Source of the DNA: Rubripirellula sp.
GTDB taxonomy: Bacteria; Planctomycetota; Planctomycetia; Pirellulales; Pirellulaceae
Assembly: GCA_965216875.1 (NCBI GenBank)
Contig: OZ244207.1
Coordinates: 2,720,001 to 2,784,000 of the forward strand
DNA length: 64,000 nt
Direction: 5' to 3'
The position numbers and the translations under genes are program-made. This document shows positions 41,137 to 50,826 of the stretch, piece after piece. The notes below the pieces were generated by a model, which made no database searches, was not told the DNA's origin, and worked only from the letters and a program-made list of their open reading frames with translations. Position 1 is the stretch's first letter, and each line of letters opens with the position of its first letter.

Positions 41137-41658
41137 ATGCGCAAAGCCAGCCTTCTAATCGCGACGGCGTTGGTGCTATTCGGCGCCACAACCAGCTACG
41201 CCCTCTACAGCATTGCCGACACCGGAACGTGGCCGAAAACCTGGCCAACCGAACTGGAACCGCTGCGGAAGCAATCGCGCACCGCCGCCGGCCCCACCAT
41301 CATGCAGCGGCATTACGACATTCCCTGTAAAGATCAGGCCGAATTCGAAAAGGTGTGGCCGCACCTGTTGGCGGTCAAAAGCGAGGGAGCACCGATCATT
41401 CTGATGCCTGGTCCCAACAAGTGGTTAGGCAATACGATCCAAGGCGGTGTTCGGATTCATTGCCCGCCCTCCAGTCGCCACCCTGAAAAAGACCCTGTTG
41501 CTCCCAAGGGCAAGATCATCAACACCGACAACCCACGTGTGCGATGGATGAACCGAAACTACATCGAATTGATTGTCGATGGAAAGATCGTCGACCTGAA
41601 TCGAATCGAGCTACCGCCGGACACGCCCATCATCGACGAACGTTTCAAGAAGAAATGA
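41137..41658 (+). CDS. Exported hypothetical protein
   Basis: Signal peptide ending SYA; coherent 173-aa ORF. Confidence 0.7.
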   Translation: MRKASLLIATALVLFGATTSYALYSIADTGTWPKTWPTELEPLRKQSRTAAGPTIMQRHYDIPCKDQAEFEKVWPHLLAVKSEGAPIILMPGPNKWLGNTIQGGVRIHCPPSSRHPEKDPVAPKGKIINTDNPRVRWMNRNYIELIVDGKIVDLNRIELPPDTPIIDERFKKK

Positions 41659-42927
41659 TCAGACGATCAAGAAAGTGTGCGTCTCACTGCACCACTTCGC
41701 GTTCTTCATCCGCTGTGGTGTCAAACGCATTTGATTGATCATCGGGTCGCAAACCGGTCGGGCAATTTCCAGCGACGTCGATTCGAGTTCAATCCGTTTC
41801 CCGTCGCTGCCGAGCAACACTGGAGCAGCAAATCCTGCCTTGGGTCGCCGAATCACTTGAGCAAGTTCGCCATTCTTGAGCTCCACCATGCTACCGAGCG
41901 GGAACATCGTTTCCGTGTTCACAAAAGCACGCATCACCTGAGGGTCAAACAATCCCCGGCCAGCTTGGTGCAACATCAAACCAAGTGCGTCGTGCGGCAC
42001 AATGGCTTGCCGCGTTGCCGCAGGTGCGGTCAAGGTTAGATAGGCATCAACGACATTTAGGATTCGAGCGTAGAGGTGGATGCGCTGTCCCTTCGTGCCA
42101 CGCGGATACCCCGAACCGTCGAACTGCTCGTGCACCTGAGCGATTGCCAACAACACCGAATGTGGGATCTCCATAAAGTCTTGAGCGACTCGGGCCGAAA
42201 GCAACGGGTGTTTTTGAAACTCCCAATGTTCGGAAGGATCGAGAGCTCGCGTGGCTTCTTGGAATCGGCCATCCATTGCGTAGATGCCAACGTCATGCAA
42301 GAGAGCGGCCATACCGATTTCGGTGGTCTTTTCGCCATCGAGTCCCATTTCGATCCCGATCGCCATCCCGATGACCGCCATGCGGACACTGCGTTCGGCA
42401 ATGTCGTCGATTGGACTTGAAGAGCCCATGATGCCAACCGTTTGGTCGTGGTCGTCGACCATCATGCGCGCGTAGACTTCCGAAACCGAAGTCAGATCCG
42501 AGATCGAATCAAGCTCGCTGCTTCCCAACAGTTTTTGCATGCGCTCATATTGCGCCTTTGCAGTTCCCATGCCACGTTTGAGCGTCTGAGTCCTTTCATC
42601 ACTGAGGTCTTCGTCATGGCGATCGACCAACAGGTCTTTGACTGGTTGGCTCGAAATCCAGCGTCCCGTTGGGTTCGACGGCTTTTCCTTTCGAGGCAAC
42701 GCTTTCGCGCGCGGATTCGATCCACTACCTCGCAGCTTTGCCAGGTCACTGGGGTGAACTTCGATGGACGTAATGCCACGTTCACGCAGACCATTGATCA
42801 CGTGAGGCGTGATCTTGGTGTCGGCACCAAGCAGCAGCACGCCGCACTCGCCTTCAATCGGGTAACTGCACGAGGCGCCTGCCTTGATTTCGTCGATAGA
42901 AACGGTGACTGTGCTGCTTAGCGCCAT
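41659..42927 (-). CDS. HD-GYP domain protein (partly degenerate)
   Basis: LLHDVG, HEQFDGSGYPRG, ARILNVVD. Confidence 0.88.
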   Translation of the reverse strand: MALSSTVTVSIDEIKAGASCSYPIEGECGVLLLGADTKITPHVINGLRERGITSIEVHPSDLAKLRGSGSNPRAKALPRKEKPSNPTGRWISSQPVKDLLVDRHDEDLSDERTQTLKRGMGTAKAQYERMQKLLGSSELDSISDLTSVSEVYARMMVDDHDQTVGIMGSSSPIDDIAERSVRMAVIGMAIGIEMGLDGEKTTEIGMAALLHDVGIYAMDGRFQEATRALDPSEHWEFQKHPLLSARVAQDFMEIPHSVLLAIAQVHEQFDGSGYPRGTKGQRIHLYARILNVVDAYLTLTAPAATRQAIVPHDALGLMLHQAGRGLFDPQVMRAFVNTETMFPLGSMVELKNGELAQVIRRPKAGFAAPVLLGSDGKRIELESTSLEIARPVCDPMINQMRLTPQRMKNAKWCSETHTFLIV

Positions 42928-43251
42928 GATGCGCCCCAATATCTCTCTTACGCCGGATCACGCCGTAGAAGGCCCACGTTGGACCGGTCTACAATCAACG
43001 GTAGGGCGAAAAATGAGCATTGCCAAACGCCAGGCATGTGGATTGCCGCGAAACTGAGCCATATCGTCACAATTGCCTGTCAGGCAAACCACAACCGGTT
43101 GCGTTTGTGAGGGTTGTGACGGCAGCGCGGGGGGAGAATCCCCGACGGTGAAAATTTTGAAGGGGCATGGCCATGTGGGCGCCCGCAAGTATTCTTTCCT
43201 AACGTCTTCGCAAAGACTCGAGATCCCCGTTTCCCTCGTTGGCTCTTCATC

Positions 43252-44448
43252 GTGCCCCAATCCGACGTCGTCATCGTGGGTGGAGGAATCGTCGGTTTGG
43301 CGACCGCCTACCGCCTCCAACAGCGCTACCCCGATTTATCGCTCACAATCGTTGAAGCCGAAGACAGAGTCAGCGCCCACCAGAGCGGGCACAACTCTGG
43401 AGTGCTTCATTCCGGGATCTACTACAAACCCGGATCCGAAAAAGCGATCTGTTGTCGCGCTGGGAAAGCGGACATGGAGGCCTTCTGTGACGAGCACAAC
43501 GTCGACTGGCAACGGTGCGGCAAGGTCGTCGTCGCCACCTCTGCCCAGGAGATTCCGCGGCTCGAGAGTATCGCGGAACGAGCGGGCGAAAACGGTGTGG
43601 AAGCCGAACGGATCGATACCGACCAATTGCGCGAACTCGAACCCTCGGTCGCCGGAGTCGCCGCGATTCATGTTCCCGAGACTGGCATTGTGAACTTTGC
43701 GAACGTGTGCCAAACGCTCGCAGCACTCCTGCAAGACCGCGGCGCAACGCTCAGGCTGGAATTCAACGTCAGCTCGATTTCAAAAGAGTCTTCGTCCCTT
43801 ACGCTCAAGAGTTCTCGTGGCGATACGCTGACCTGCGGTCGCCTGATCAATTGCGGCGGCTTGCAAAGTGACCGAGTATGCCGGATGACGGGCGAGACGC
43901 CTCAACTGCAAATCGTGCCCTTTCGCGGCGAGTACTATGACCTGGCCGAAGGCAGCCAATCGCTCTGCCGCAATCTGATCTACCCTGTTCCGGATCCGTC
44001 CTTTCCATTTCTTGGTGTTCATTTCACGCGGATGGTGGACGGTGGCGTTGAATGCGGACCAAACGCCGTCCTGGCACTGGGGCGTGCCGGTTACTCTTGG
44101 TCGCAAGTCAACGTGGGAGACCTGGTTTCGACGCTGACCTACGGTGGCTTTCTCAAGCTGGCTTCGAAACATTGGAAGATGGGAGCTGGTGAGATTCACC
44201 GCTCACTCAGCAAAGACGCCTTCGTCAAAGCGCTGCAAAAACTCATTCCCTCGATCAAGTCATCGGATCTCGTTCCGGGTCGCGCCGGAGTGAGAGCTCA
44301 AGCAGTGACGCCGGACGGAAACCTCGTCGACGATTTTCTAATCCAACCCAGTGATCATGCGATTCATGTGCTCAACGCACCATCACCTGCGGCGACCGCA
44401 TCGCTGGCGATTGGTGCAAGAATCGTTGATCACTTCGCCGACATGTAG
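43252..44448 (+). CDS. lhgO: L-2-hydroxyglutarate oxidase
   Basis: GGGIVG, HQSGHNSGVLHSGIYY, PFRGEY, PFLGVHFT, NAPSPAATAS. Confidence 0.93.
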   Translation: MPQSDVVIVGGGIVGLATAYRLQQRYPDLSLTIVEAEDRVSAHQSGHNSGVLHSGIYYKPGSEKAICCRAGKADMEAFCDEHNVDWQRCGKVVVATSAQEIPRLESIAERAGENGVEAERIDTDQLRELEPSVAGVAAIHVPETGIVNFANVCQTLAALLQDRGATLRLEFNVSSISKESSSLTLKSSRGDTLTCGRLINCGGLQSDRVCRMTGETPQLQIVPFRGEYYDLAEGSQSLCRNLIYPVPDPSFPFLGVHFTRMVDGGVECGPNAVLALGRAGYSWSQVNVGDLVSTLTYGGFLKLASKHWKMGAGEIHRSLSKDAFVKALQKLIPSIKSSDLVPGRAGVRAQAVTPDGNLVDDFLIQPSDHAIHVLNAPSPAATASLAIGARIVDHFADM

Positions 44449-44726
44449 GGGCGCGTTTGCACGGGAAAGACCACCGTTCATCGACGCTGGTGCGTGCAAG
44501 CACACACCCTACGAAGAAATCCAAGTAGGGTGTGTGCTTGCACGCACCAAACCCCAACGTTCTCGCTCATACTCAGCATCGCGGTACTCGTACTCGTTAT
44601 CGATCGGCTGCTCAGAGACTAGATCCGGCCGGCTGCTCAGGTTGCGCGAAGATACCTCTGAAAGACTCGAGTAGGAGCACGAGGGAGAGAAAGCATGACG
44701 CTGGTGCGTGCGAGCACACACCCTAC
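44445..44726. repeat. GTAG-type REP cluster (BIME-like)
   Basis: TGGTGCGTGCAAGCACACACCCTAC (44488-44512), inverted copy 44525-44549, third copy 44702-44726, degenerate copy over the lhgO stop codon. Confidence 0.88.
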
Positions 44727-44794
44727 GAAAAAAGCCATCGCCAGGAATGCTCCGGCGATGGCTTGATGAGCTTTTAGACTTGCCTTGGCTTGCC

Positions 44795-46078
44795 CTAGCT
44801 ATCGATGCAGGTTTCGAGGAACCGTGCCAAGCGGTGGAAGTCGCTCCCCTGTTCGATGAAGCGGACTTTGGTGACCAGAGTCTCTGGATCCACCAGTTCT
44901 TCGAATGGCACATAGTGCAGATCGAGTTGGCCCGAGACCGAAACCATCACACCGTTGAGTTTTTCCTCGACGAGTGCACGATAGGCCCCGACACCGAGTT
45001 GCGAACCGAGCATCACATCATAGGCGTGAGGTGGTGCACAGCGTGATTCGTAACCAAGTTGCAGACCGTTGACCTTGCGTGTGCGGCCGGTTCGCTCGTT
45101 GTAACGTTCAGCAATCAGTTTTGAGATCAATGCGGACAGGTTGATCGATGAGATGTTGATGTGACCGTGATCGTCGCGGCTAATGCCTTCCAAGTATTGG
45201 CTTGGCAGGTACTCGGCCATCCCCTCGGCAAGAACGATAGTGCCGTATTCGCGGCCTTCTCGTTCGCGAGCGATCATCATGTCGACCATTCGATCGATGA
45301 CGCGATCCATTGCCATGACCTTGCGCGTTTCGCCGGTCTCTTGGTTGACCACTTCTTCTTCGGCCAGTGCACCAGTGACATCCTCGACACTCATCACCAT
45401 GCTCGCTTCACCGGCGATGGCGGCACCGTATGCCAACCAACCTGCACTGCGTCCCATGGCTTCACAAAGGAAGTAGGAGCGGCCAGCGGCTGCATCAAAG
45501 TTCAAGTTTCGAATCTCTTCGGCCAACGTTTCGACGGCGGTGAAGAATCCAAATGTGAAATCGATGCCCGAGTAATCGTTGTCGATGGTCTTAGGCAGGT
45601 GAACGACGGGGAACCGACGTGCATCGGCTGGTAACAAGTCTTGGAACATCTTCAACTTGTTTGCGGTCTTGAGCGTGTCGTCACCGCCGATCGAAATCAA
45701 CGCGTCCACTTCCAACGAGCACAGGCCCTCGTAGACGCGGCGAAGCGGCGCGACTTGTTCAGGATCGGTGAGATGCTCTGGCGAGCTGACGTGTTTGCCA
45801 GGGTTGGTTCGTGCCGTGCCGATCATGATGCCGCGGCTGCTGCGAGCGTTGGTCAACGAATCGTGCGTGAAGCGAATGTAGTCTGCACCTTCTTGCAGAG
45901 GCCCCGCCGCGGTGTATTCGGCAAGCCGGCTGTAACCATGCTTGATGCCAAAGACCTGAGCGCCCTCTTCAAGAAACGAAAAAGCGGCCGTAGAGATAAC
46001 GGCATTCGCAGCAGGTGCGGGGCCACCCGCAAAAAGAATGGCGACCCGCTTGATATCGAGATTGTGATGTTCTGGCAT
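44795..46078 (-). CDS. 6-phosphofructokinase, probably PPi-dependent (start 46078 or 46159)
   Basis: GGPAPAANAVI, GGDDT (Asp typical of PPi type), PKTIDND, MGR, GYESRC. Confidence 0.9.
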   Translation of the reverse strand: MPEHHNLDIKRVAILFAGGPAPAANAVISTAAFSFLEEGAQVFGIKHGYSRLAEYTAAGPLQEGADYIRFTHDSLTNARSSRGIMIGTARTNPGKHVSSPEHLTDPEQVAPLRRVYEGLCSLEVDALISIGGDDTLKTANKLKMFQDLLPADARRFPVVHLPKTIDNDYSGIDFTFGFFTAVETLAEEIRNLNFDAAAGRSYFLCEAMGRSAGWLAYGAAIAGEASMVMSVEDVTGALAEEEVVNQETGETRKVMAMDRVIDRMVDMMIAREREGREYGTIVLAEGMAEYLPSQYLEGISRDDHGHINISSINLSALISKLIAERYNERTGRTRKVNGLQLGYESRCAPPHAYDVMLGSQLGVGAYRALVEEKLNGVMVSVSGQLDLHYVPFEELVDPETLVTKVRFIEQGSDFHRLARFLETCIDS

Positions 46079-46441
46079 GTCTGTCACGGCGTTGTTTGGG
46101 TTGATGTTCGGATTAGGACCTGTCCGCCCAGGAAATCGCGATCGCCGCTTCGAGCTCAACCCGACTCACCCAAAAGGCAAGACTGTAAGTTCAGCATTCG
46201 GTCCACAGTGCAGCTGACCGGTTTTCTTTGGTCGGCCGTCCGGTCATCGATGGTTCGCGTCGGTTGGTTTGATCAACCAAGGCTGAAACGACTAGCAATC
46301 AAAGGCCTCGTTGGGCCAGATCGCCCGTTGGACCGGCGGCGGTAAGCAGACGATTTTAAGCATGAAAGACGATCCGCCAAGCCTCCGAGCACGCATCGCC
46401 AGATGACACCCCTGCAAGCCGGTTGCGGGAAGATCAGCCCC

Positions 46442-47071
46442 TTAAACGGCGTCCCACTCAAGTGCCTGTTCAATTGCACCTTGGTATTCTTCGCTGGTCA
46501 GCTCGAGCATCTCGCGCATCTTCGTCAATGTTTCAAGCTGTTGGTCGCCCATTGGCCCATCGGCGGACGCAGCCAAAAACATGCCTTGAAGGGCAAGTCG
46601 ACGTTGCTCAGGGCTCCAGGCTCGCGAAACGGTAAGCACGTAGTTACAAGCCTCAATTCGGTTCTGTTTGGCGATCGAGCAGAGTTCACCCAGTTCTTCG
46701 CGGTCAATTGGGCGATTAAAGAGCCGATTGGAAACGCGCTTGAGCGCTTCGATCTCGTTTTCGGTGATCGTTCCGTCGGCAATGACCACCAACACCGAAG
46801 AACGCATCGCCTGCTCAAGGAATTCTTCCTCGGCCGCCTGTTGGTAGGACTCACGATCCATCGCGAGAACCGTCGGATCCCAGCTCTGTCGGCACGAATC
46901 GCACTCCACAAACTCCTCAGCACCACCGACAGGGACGGTCGGAATGAAATAGAGCGTCAGCCATGGGCGACGGGCTCGCAGCCGGTACGAACGATCGCCT
47001 TCACAATGTGGGCAATAAAAATCGCCACGATCATGGGTTCGCGTCAAATTCATCGTGCCGATCAGGATCAT
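46442..47071 (-). CDS. Zinc-ribbon plus TerB-like domain protein
   Basis: CPHC...LYFIP...CDSC; ADGTITENE and ADGPM...Q TerB-type motifs. Confidence 0.8.
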   Translation of the reverse strand: MILIGTMNLTRTHDRGDFYCPHCEGDRSYRLRARRPWLTLYFIPTVPVGGAEEFVECDSCRQSWDPTVLAMDRESYQQAAEEEFLEQAMRSSVLVVIADGTITENEIEALKRVSNRLFNRPIDREELGELCSIAKQNRIEACNYVLTVSRAWSPEQRRLALQGMFLAASADGPMGDQQLETLTKMREMLELTSEEYQGAIEQALEWDAV

Positions 47072-47288
47072 TCGCTCACTTCCTCACTCTGTTACTTCCG
47101 ACATGCCGCGTTTAACACAGGCAATCTAGCGACCTTAAAAGCACCCTGCGATCTTGGGTCGACCTGGCAATCCTTTCCGATTGCGTCACCGTGTCGGGTC
47201 GTACCGGTTCTTCTGCATCGGCACGAAGGATCAGGTCGATAACGCAAATCGGATTGTCCCTGTTGTCTTCCTGGACCTGCGGAAACAC

Positions 47289-49244
47289 ATGCCACTGCTG
47301 CCAGTATCAACGACTCGCACCAGCGCGCCGCTGACGACTCAGCGTCTGATGTTCCAGCTCAACGCGGACCAGCTGCAAATCCAGAATCAGTATGACCAAC
47401 TGAGCACGGGTCGCCGAGTCCTCAGATTGTCCGACGACCCAGCGGCCGCGGGGCGAGCCATCAGTTTGCACCGTGGCATCGACCGGGGAAATCAGCTTCA
47501 AAGGAACGCCAATTCTGCCGCAGCATTCTATCAAGCCTCCGACGAGGCCCTCGGCCGCGTGGACAACGCCTTGATCGAATCGCGCGGGGTTGCCGTCCAG
47601 GCCGCTCAAACCATCAACTCGGACGACGAACGGGCGGCACTCGCCCAAACGATCCAGCAATCGATCAACTCGGTCTTCGCGGCAGGAAACTCACTGTTTC
47701 GCGACCACCAGGTCCTTGGCGGCTTCCTGAACAAGGGAACTGCGTTCCAGTATGACGGATTGCACATCGTCTATTCGGGTAACGACGCAATCGGTCGAAA
47801 TGCACTCGGCGGTGGGCAGCCGAACGCGATCAGCGTCAATGCGAACGAGACCCTGGGAGCCTTCGCAACCTTCATGGAAGGCGAACCACTCAACGCTGCT
47901 CTCGATCCCGCCTCGCGTTTGGTCGACCTGAAAGCTGGCAAAGGGGTGACACCCGGTGTGATCCAACTTTCCGGAGGAACGAACTGGGTTGACCTCGATT
48001 TGCGATCCGCTGCAACGATTGGCGACGTGATTGACCTTCTCAATACGGTTGAGCTTGAAGGGCGGCCGATTTCCGCCACGCTGACCACCGATGGCGTGCG
48101 AATTGAATACTCCGATGGCCTCGCGGGCACGTTGGCAATCGCCGACACCGTCGGCAGCACCACCGCGGCTGAACTCGCGATCGCCAATCCTGACGGTTTG
48201 TCCGCCCCTCCGATCATCGGTGACGGCTTGTCGCCGCGTGTCACGGCTAACACCAACATCGCAGACCTCGACAACGGAAGCGGATTGAACCTGACCGATG
48301 GGATCCAGATCCTGCAAGGCGACGAGGTGTTCGCAATCGACCTCAGCAACGCGCAAACGTTGGGCGATGTCCTCATTGCGATCAATCGATCGGGCGCCGA
48401 CGTACGCGCCGAATTGAATCAAGAAGAAGGGCGTTTGCGACTCCGCTCTCTAAGAAGCGGCGTCGACTATTCCGTAGGCGAAAACGGCGGCATCGCTGCT
48501 CGCGAACTTGGGATTCGATCGGCCACCGAAGAAACGCAACTCAAAGAGCTGGGAAAAGGCCGCGGCGTCGCACTCAATCCCGCTGGCGACGATTTGTTGA
48601 TCATCCGACCAGACGGCGTGCAACTTAGCCTCGATCTCGATGGCGCCGAAACCATCAACGACGTGATGGACTTGATTCGAAATCATCCTGCGAACCAAGA
48701 CACGCTGCGGGTCTTGGTCAACCTGAATGATTTTGGCAATGGTCTTCAGCTCGAAGCACCTCCGGGTGCCGACCCGTTGACCGTGCGTCAAATCGGTGTC
48801 AGTGACGCGGGAACTCGATTGGGAATCATTCCCAAGGGCGCGAGCGAAGCGGTCGGATCACTCGTTGGCAGTGTCGATGCGATCGTTGGCTCCGACTACC
48901 TGCCCAAAGATGCCGGTGGCGCGCTCGACACGCTGTTGCGTTTGCACGACGCGGTCTTGGAAGGGGACATTCCCGAGATCGAACGGCTTCAAAAAGTGGT
49001 CGACGTCGACTTGGATCGCGCCAGCCGCACGCGTGGGCGTGTCGGTGTGTGGACTCGGAACCTCCAGCAGCTCCGTGCATCCACCGAGGACAAAGTCATT
49101 CAAATGAAATCGCAGCTCTCTGACGAAATCGATGCTGACTTGGCAACGGTGATCTCTGACTTGAGCCAACGGCAAGTGGCGTTGGAAGCGTCGATGCGGA
49201 TCATTGGCCAAACCTCCCAACTTACCGTTCTGAACTTCTTGTAG
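47289..49244 (+). CDS. flgL: Flagellar hook-associated protein 3
   Basis: [18 protein letters not shown] at the N-terminus, QLTVLNFL at the C-terminus; three internal DLxxAxT(I/L)xDV repeats. Confidence 0.88.
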   Translation: MPLLPVSTTRTSAPLTTQRLMFQLNADQLQIQNQYDQLSTGRRVLRLSDDPAAAGRAISLHRGIDRGNQLQRNANSAAAFYQASDEALGRVDNALIESRGVAVQAAQTINSDDERAALAQTIQQSINSVFAAGNSLFRDHQVLGGFLNKGTAFQYDGLHIVYSGNDAIGRNALGGGQPNAISVNANETLGAFATFMEGEPLNAALDPASRLVDLKAGKGVTPGVIQLSGGTNWVDLDLRSAATIGDVIDLLNTVELEGRPISATLTTDGVRIEYSDGLAGTLAIADTVGSTTAAELAIANPDGLSAPPIIGDGLSPRVTANTNIADLDNGSGLNLTDGIQILQGDEVFAIDLSNAQTLGDVLIAINRSGADVRAELNQEEGRLRLRSLRSGVDYSVGENGGIAARELGIRSATEETQLKELGKGRGVALNPAGDDLLIIRPDGVQLSLDLDGAETINDVMDLIRNHPANQDTLRVLVNLNDFGNGLQLEAPPGADPLTVRQIGVSDAGTRLGIIPKGASEAVGSLVGSVDAIVGSDYLPKDAGGALDTLLRLHDAVLEGDIPEIERLQKVVDVDLDRASRTRGRVGVWTRNLQQLRASTEDKVIQMKSQLSDEIDADLATVISDLSQRQVALEASMRIIGQTSQLTVLNFL

Positions 49245-49360
49245 CGATTTTGTCGATTCAACCGGTCATCAGGCCGATGAAGATCGCAGGCAGTGCGTGC
49301 GCTCTTTGCGTTTCACCTATCACCACCCTCACGCTGCGATTGAAAGTCGGGAACCATCCC

Positions 49361-49822
49361 ATGCGGATCAACACACAACGATTTGGCACGTTGCGACTGA
49401 ACGCAAATCAGCTCTTCCTGTTTCCACAGGGACTGATTGGAATGGAAACCCTTCGGCAGTGGGCTCTGTTGCCTGACCAGGACAACGCGTCGGTCGCGTG
49501 GTTGCAGAGCGCTTCACGTGGTGATCGAGCCATTCCGCTCATCAGCCCTCGTGCGTTTTACAACGATTATCGGGTCCACGTCAGTCGTCGCGACCTGGAG
49601 ACGTTGCACATGCGTCCTGGTGCGGAAATCTATGTGATGACCACGGTGTCGGGGCACGTTGGCAAACTGACGACCAATCTGCGATCGCCCGTTCTCTTGA
49701 ACTTGAATCGACGTCTCGGTTGCCAGGTGATCACGAGTGATGATCAACCTTTGCAGCATCCTGTGCCATTGGCTTCACCACAGCAGCCTTCGGTCTCTGA
49801 GATCATCAAAAAGGTCGCCTAA
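49361..49822 (+). CDS. fliW: Flagellar assembly factor FliW
   Basis: [27 protein letters not shown]...GCQVI; lies between flgL and csrA. Confidence 0.92.
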   Translation: MRINTQRFGTLRLNANQLFLFPQGLIGMETLRQWALLPDQDNASVAWLQSASRGDRAIPLISPRAFYNDYRVHVSRRDLETLHMRPGAEIYVMTTVSGHVGKLTTNLRSPVLLNLNRRLGCQVITSDDQPLQHPVPLASPQQPSVSEIIKKVA

Positions 49823-50055
49823 GGGTTTCGAGACCCTCAAACCGCGTGTCGGCTGAAACACTTGGCGTCCGAACCGGCACGACCGGTATGGACCGACCTT
49901 CCGAGCTTCGGTGTCAATTCGTCGCAATTCGCGGCCGATCATCTCTCTAGCGAGCAAGACAGGATTCTTCTCGCCATTGCACTGCGGCCGAACTCTACCC
50001 GCCGGTCGTGCATTGAAATTGTAAGCACCCCCAATCAAACACCTCCGAGGACGAC

Positions 50056-50283
50056 ATGCTGGTCCTTTCACGACACCGAGACGAAAGCATCATGATCGGC
50101 GACGATGTTGTTGTGACGATCGTGGACATCCGTGGTGACAAGGTCCGGCTTGGAATCGAGGCTCCACAGTCGATTCCGGTCCACCGCCAGGAAGTCTACG
50201 ACGCGATCCAACGCGAGAATCGCCGTGCGACCCAAACGGGCGCAGGAGCAACCAAGGACGTTCAACCTCCGCAAGAGGACTAA
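50056..50283 (+). CDS. csrA: CsrA paralog 2, FliW-associated type
   Basis: MLVLSR...VRLGIEAP...[14 protein letters not shown]. Confidence 0.96.
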   Translation: MLVLSRHRDESIMIGDDVVVTIVDIRGDKVRLGIEAPQSIPVHRQEVYDAIQRENRRATQTGAGATKDVQPPQED

Positions 50284-50312
50284 CGTCCAACGCTTGCCTA
50301 TCAAACGACGTC

Positions 50313-50348
50313 ATGATCCCGGCCCTCGCGGTTGGGATCATTTTTTTT
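50313..50348 (+). terminator. Rho-independent terminator after csrA paralog 2
   Basis: ATGATCCC...GGGATCAT stem plus T8. Confidence 0.85.
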
Positions 50349-50377
50349 GCGCTTGTTCCCCTGCTCACGCAGCGTCC

Positions 50378-50496
50378 GTGAGCCGCAGGCCGTGAGGCGT
50401 CTCGGGCCCTTGCCGCACGGACCCTGCACCCATGGCCCCTGCACCATGGGCCAGGCAGCATTGCACGGCCCGGCCGCTTACACGATCGCGGCTCAC
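50378..50496. repeat. Family B REP-like pair
   Basis: GTGAGCCGCAGGCCGTGAGGC... and inverted GCCCGGCCGCTTACACGATCGCGGCTCAC. Confidence 0.8.
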
Positions 50497-50826
50497 TTGT
50501 GAAAACGTAGGCAGGGGTGCGTTCTGCTGAATTCGCAGACGCAATCTGCGCCATTACTGCGGCTCGCCGCTATCTTGATCCCACCTCTTTTCGGGTCATG
50601 CCGGTCGTGTCGGATACGACGGGCGCCAGCGACAATTCGTCAGGGTTTCTTCGCTAACAACCACTGGTTTTCCCCACACGTAACCAAGGCTTCGTCAGAC
50701 GCAAAGATTGCCAAGGGGTTGTCGACCGAAGTTGGTCGTCGATTGGCTTTCTTTGCTAGCCGGTCCTTTAGCGGCCGTATCCAACCATACCGATTGCGAT
50801 CCGCCGCACGTTAGGGGTAATCATCA

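Noticed and set aside
46403..47242. 279-aa plus-strand ORF as the missing flgK
   Set aside because: No FlgK motifs; antisense to the zinc-ribbon/TerB gene
50765..50796. Sigma28 promoter for fliC
   Set aside because: ACCGATTG resembles the -10 box but there is no convincing TAAA at the right spacing
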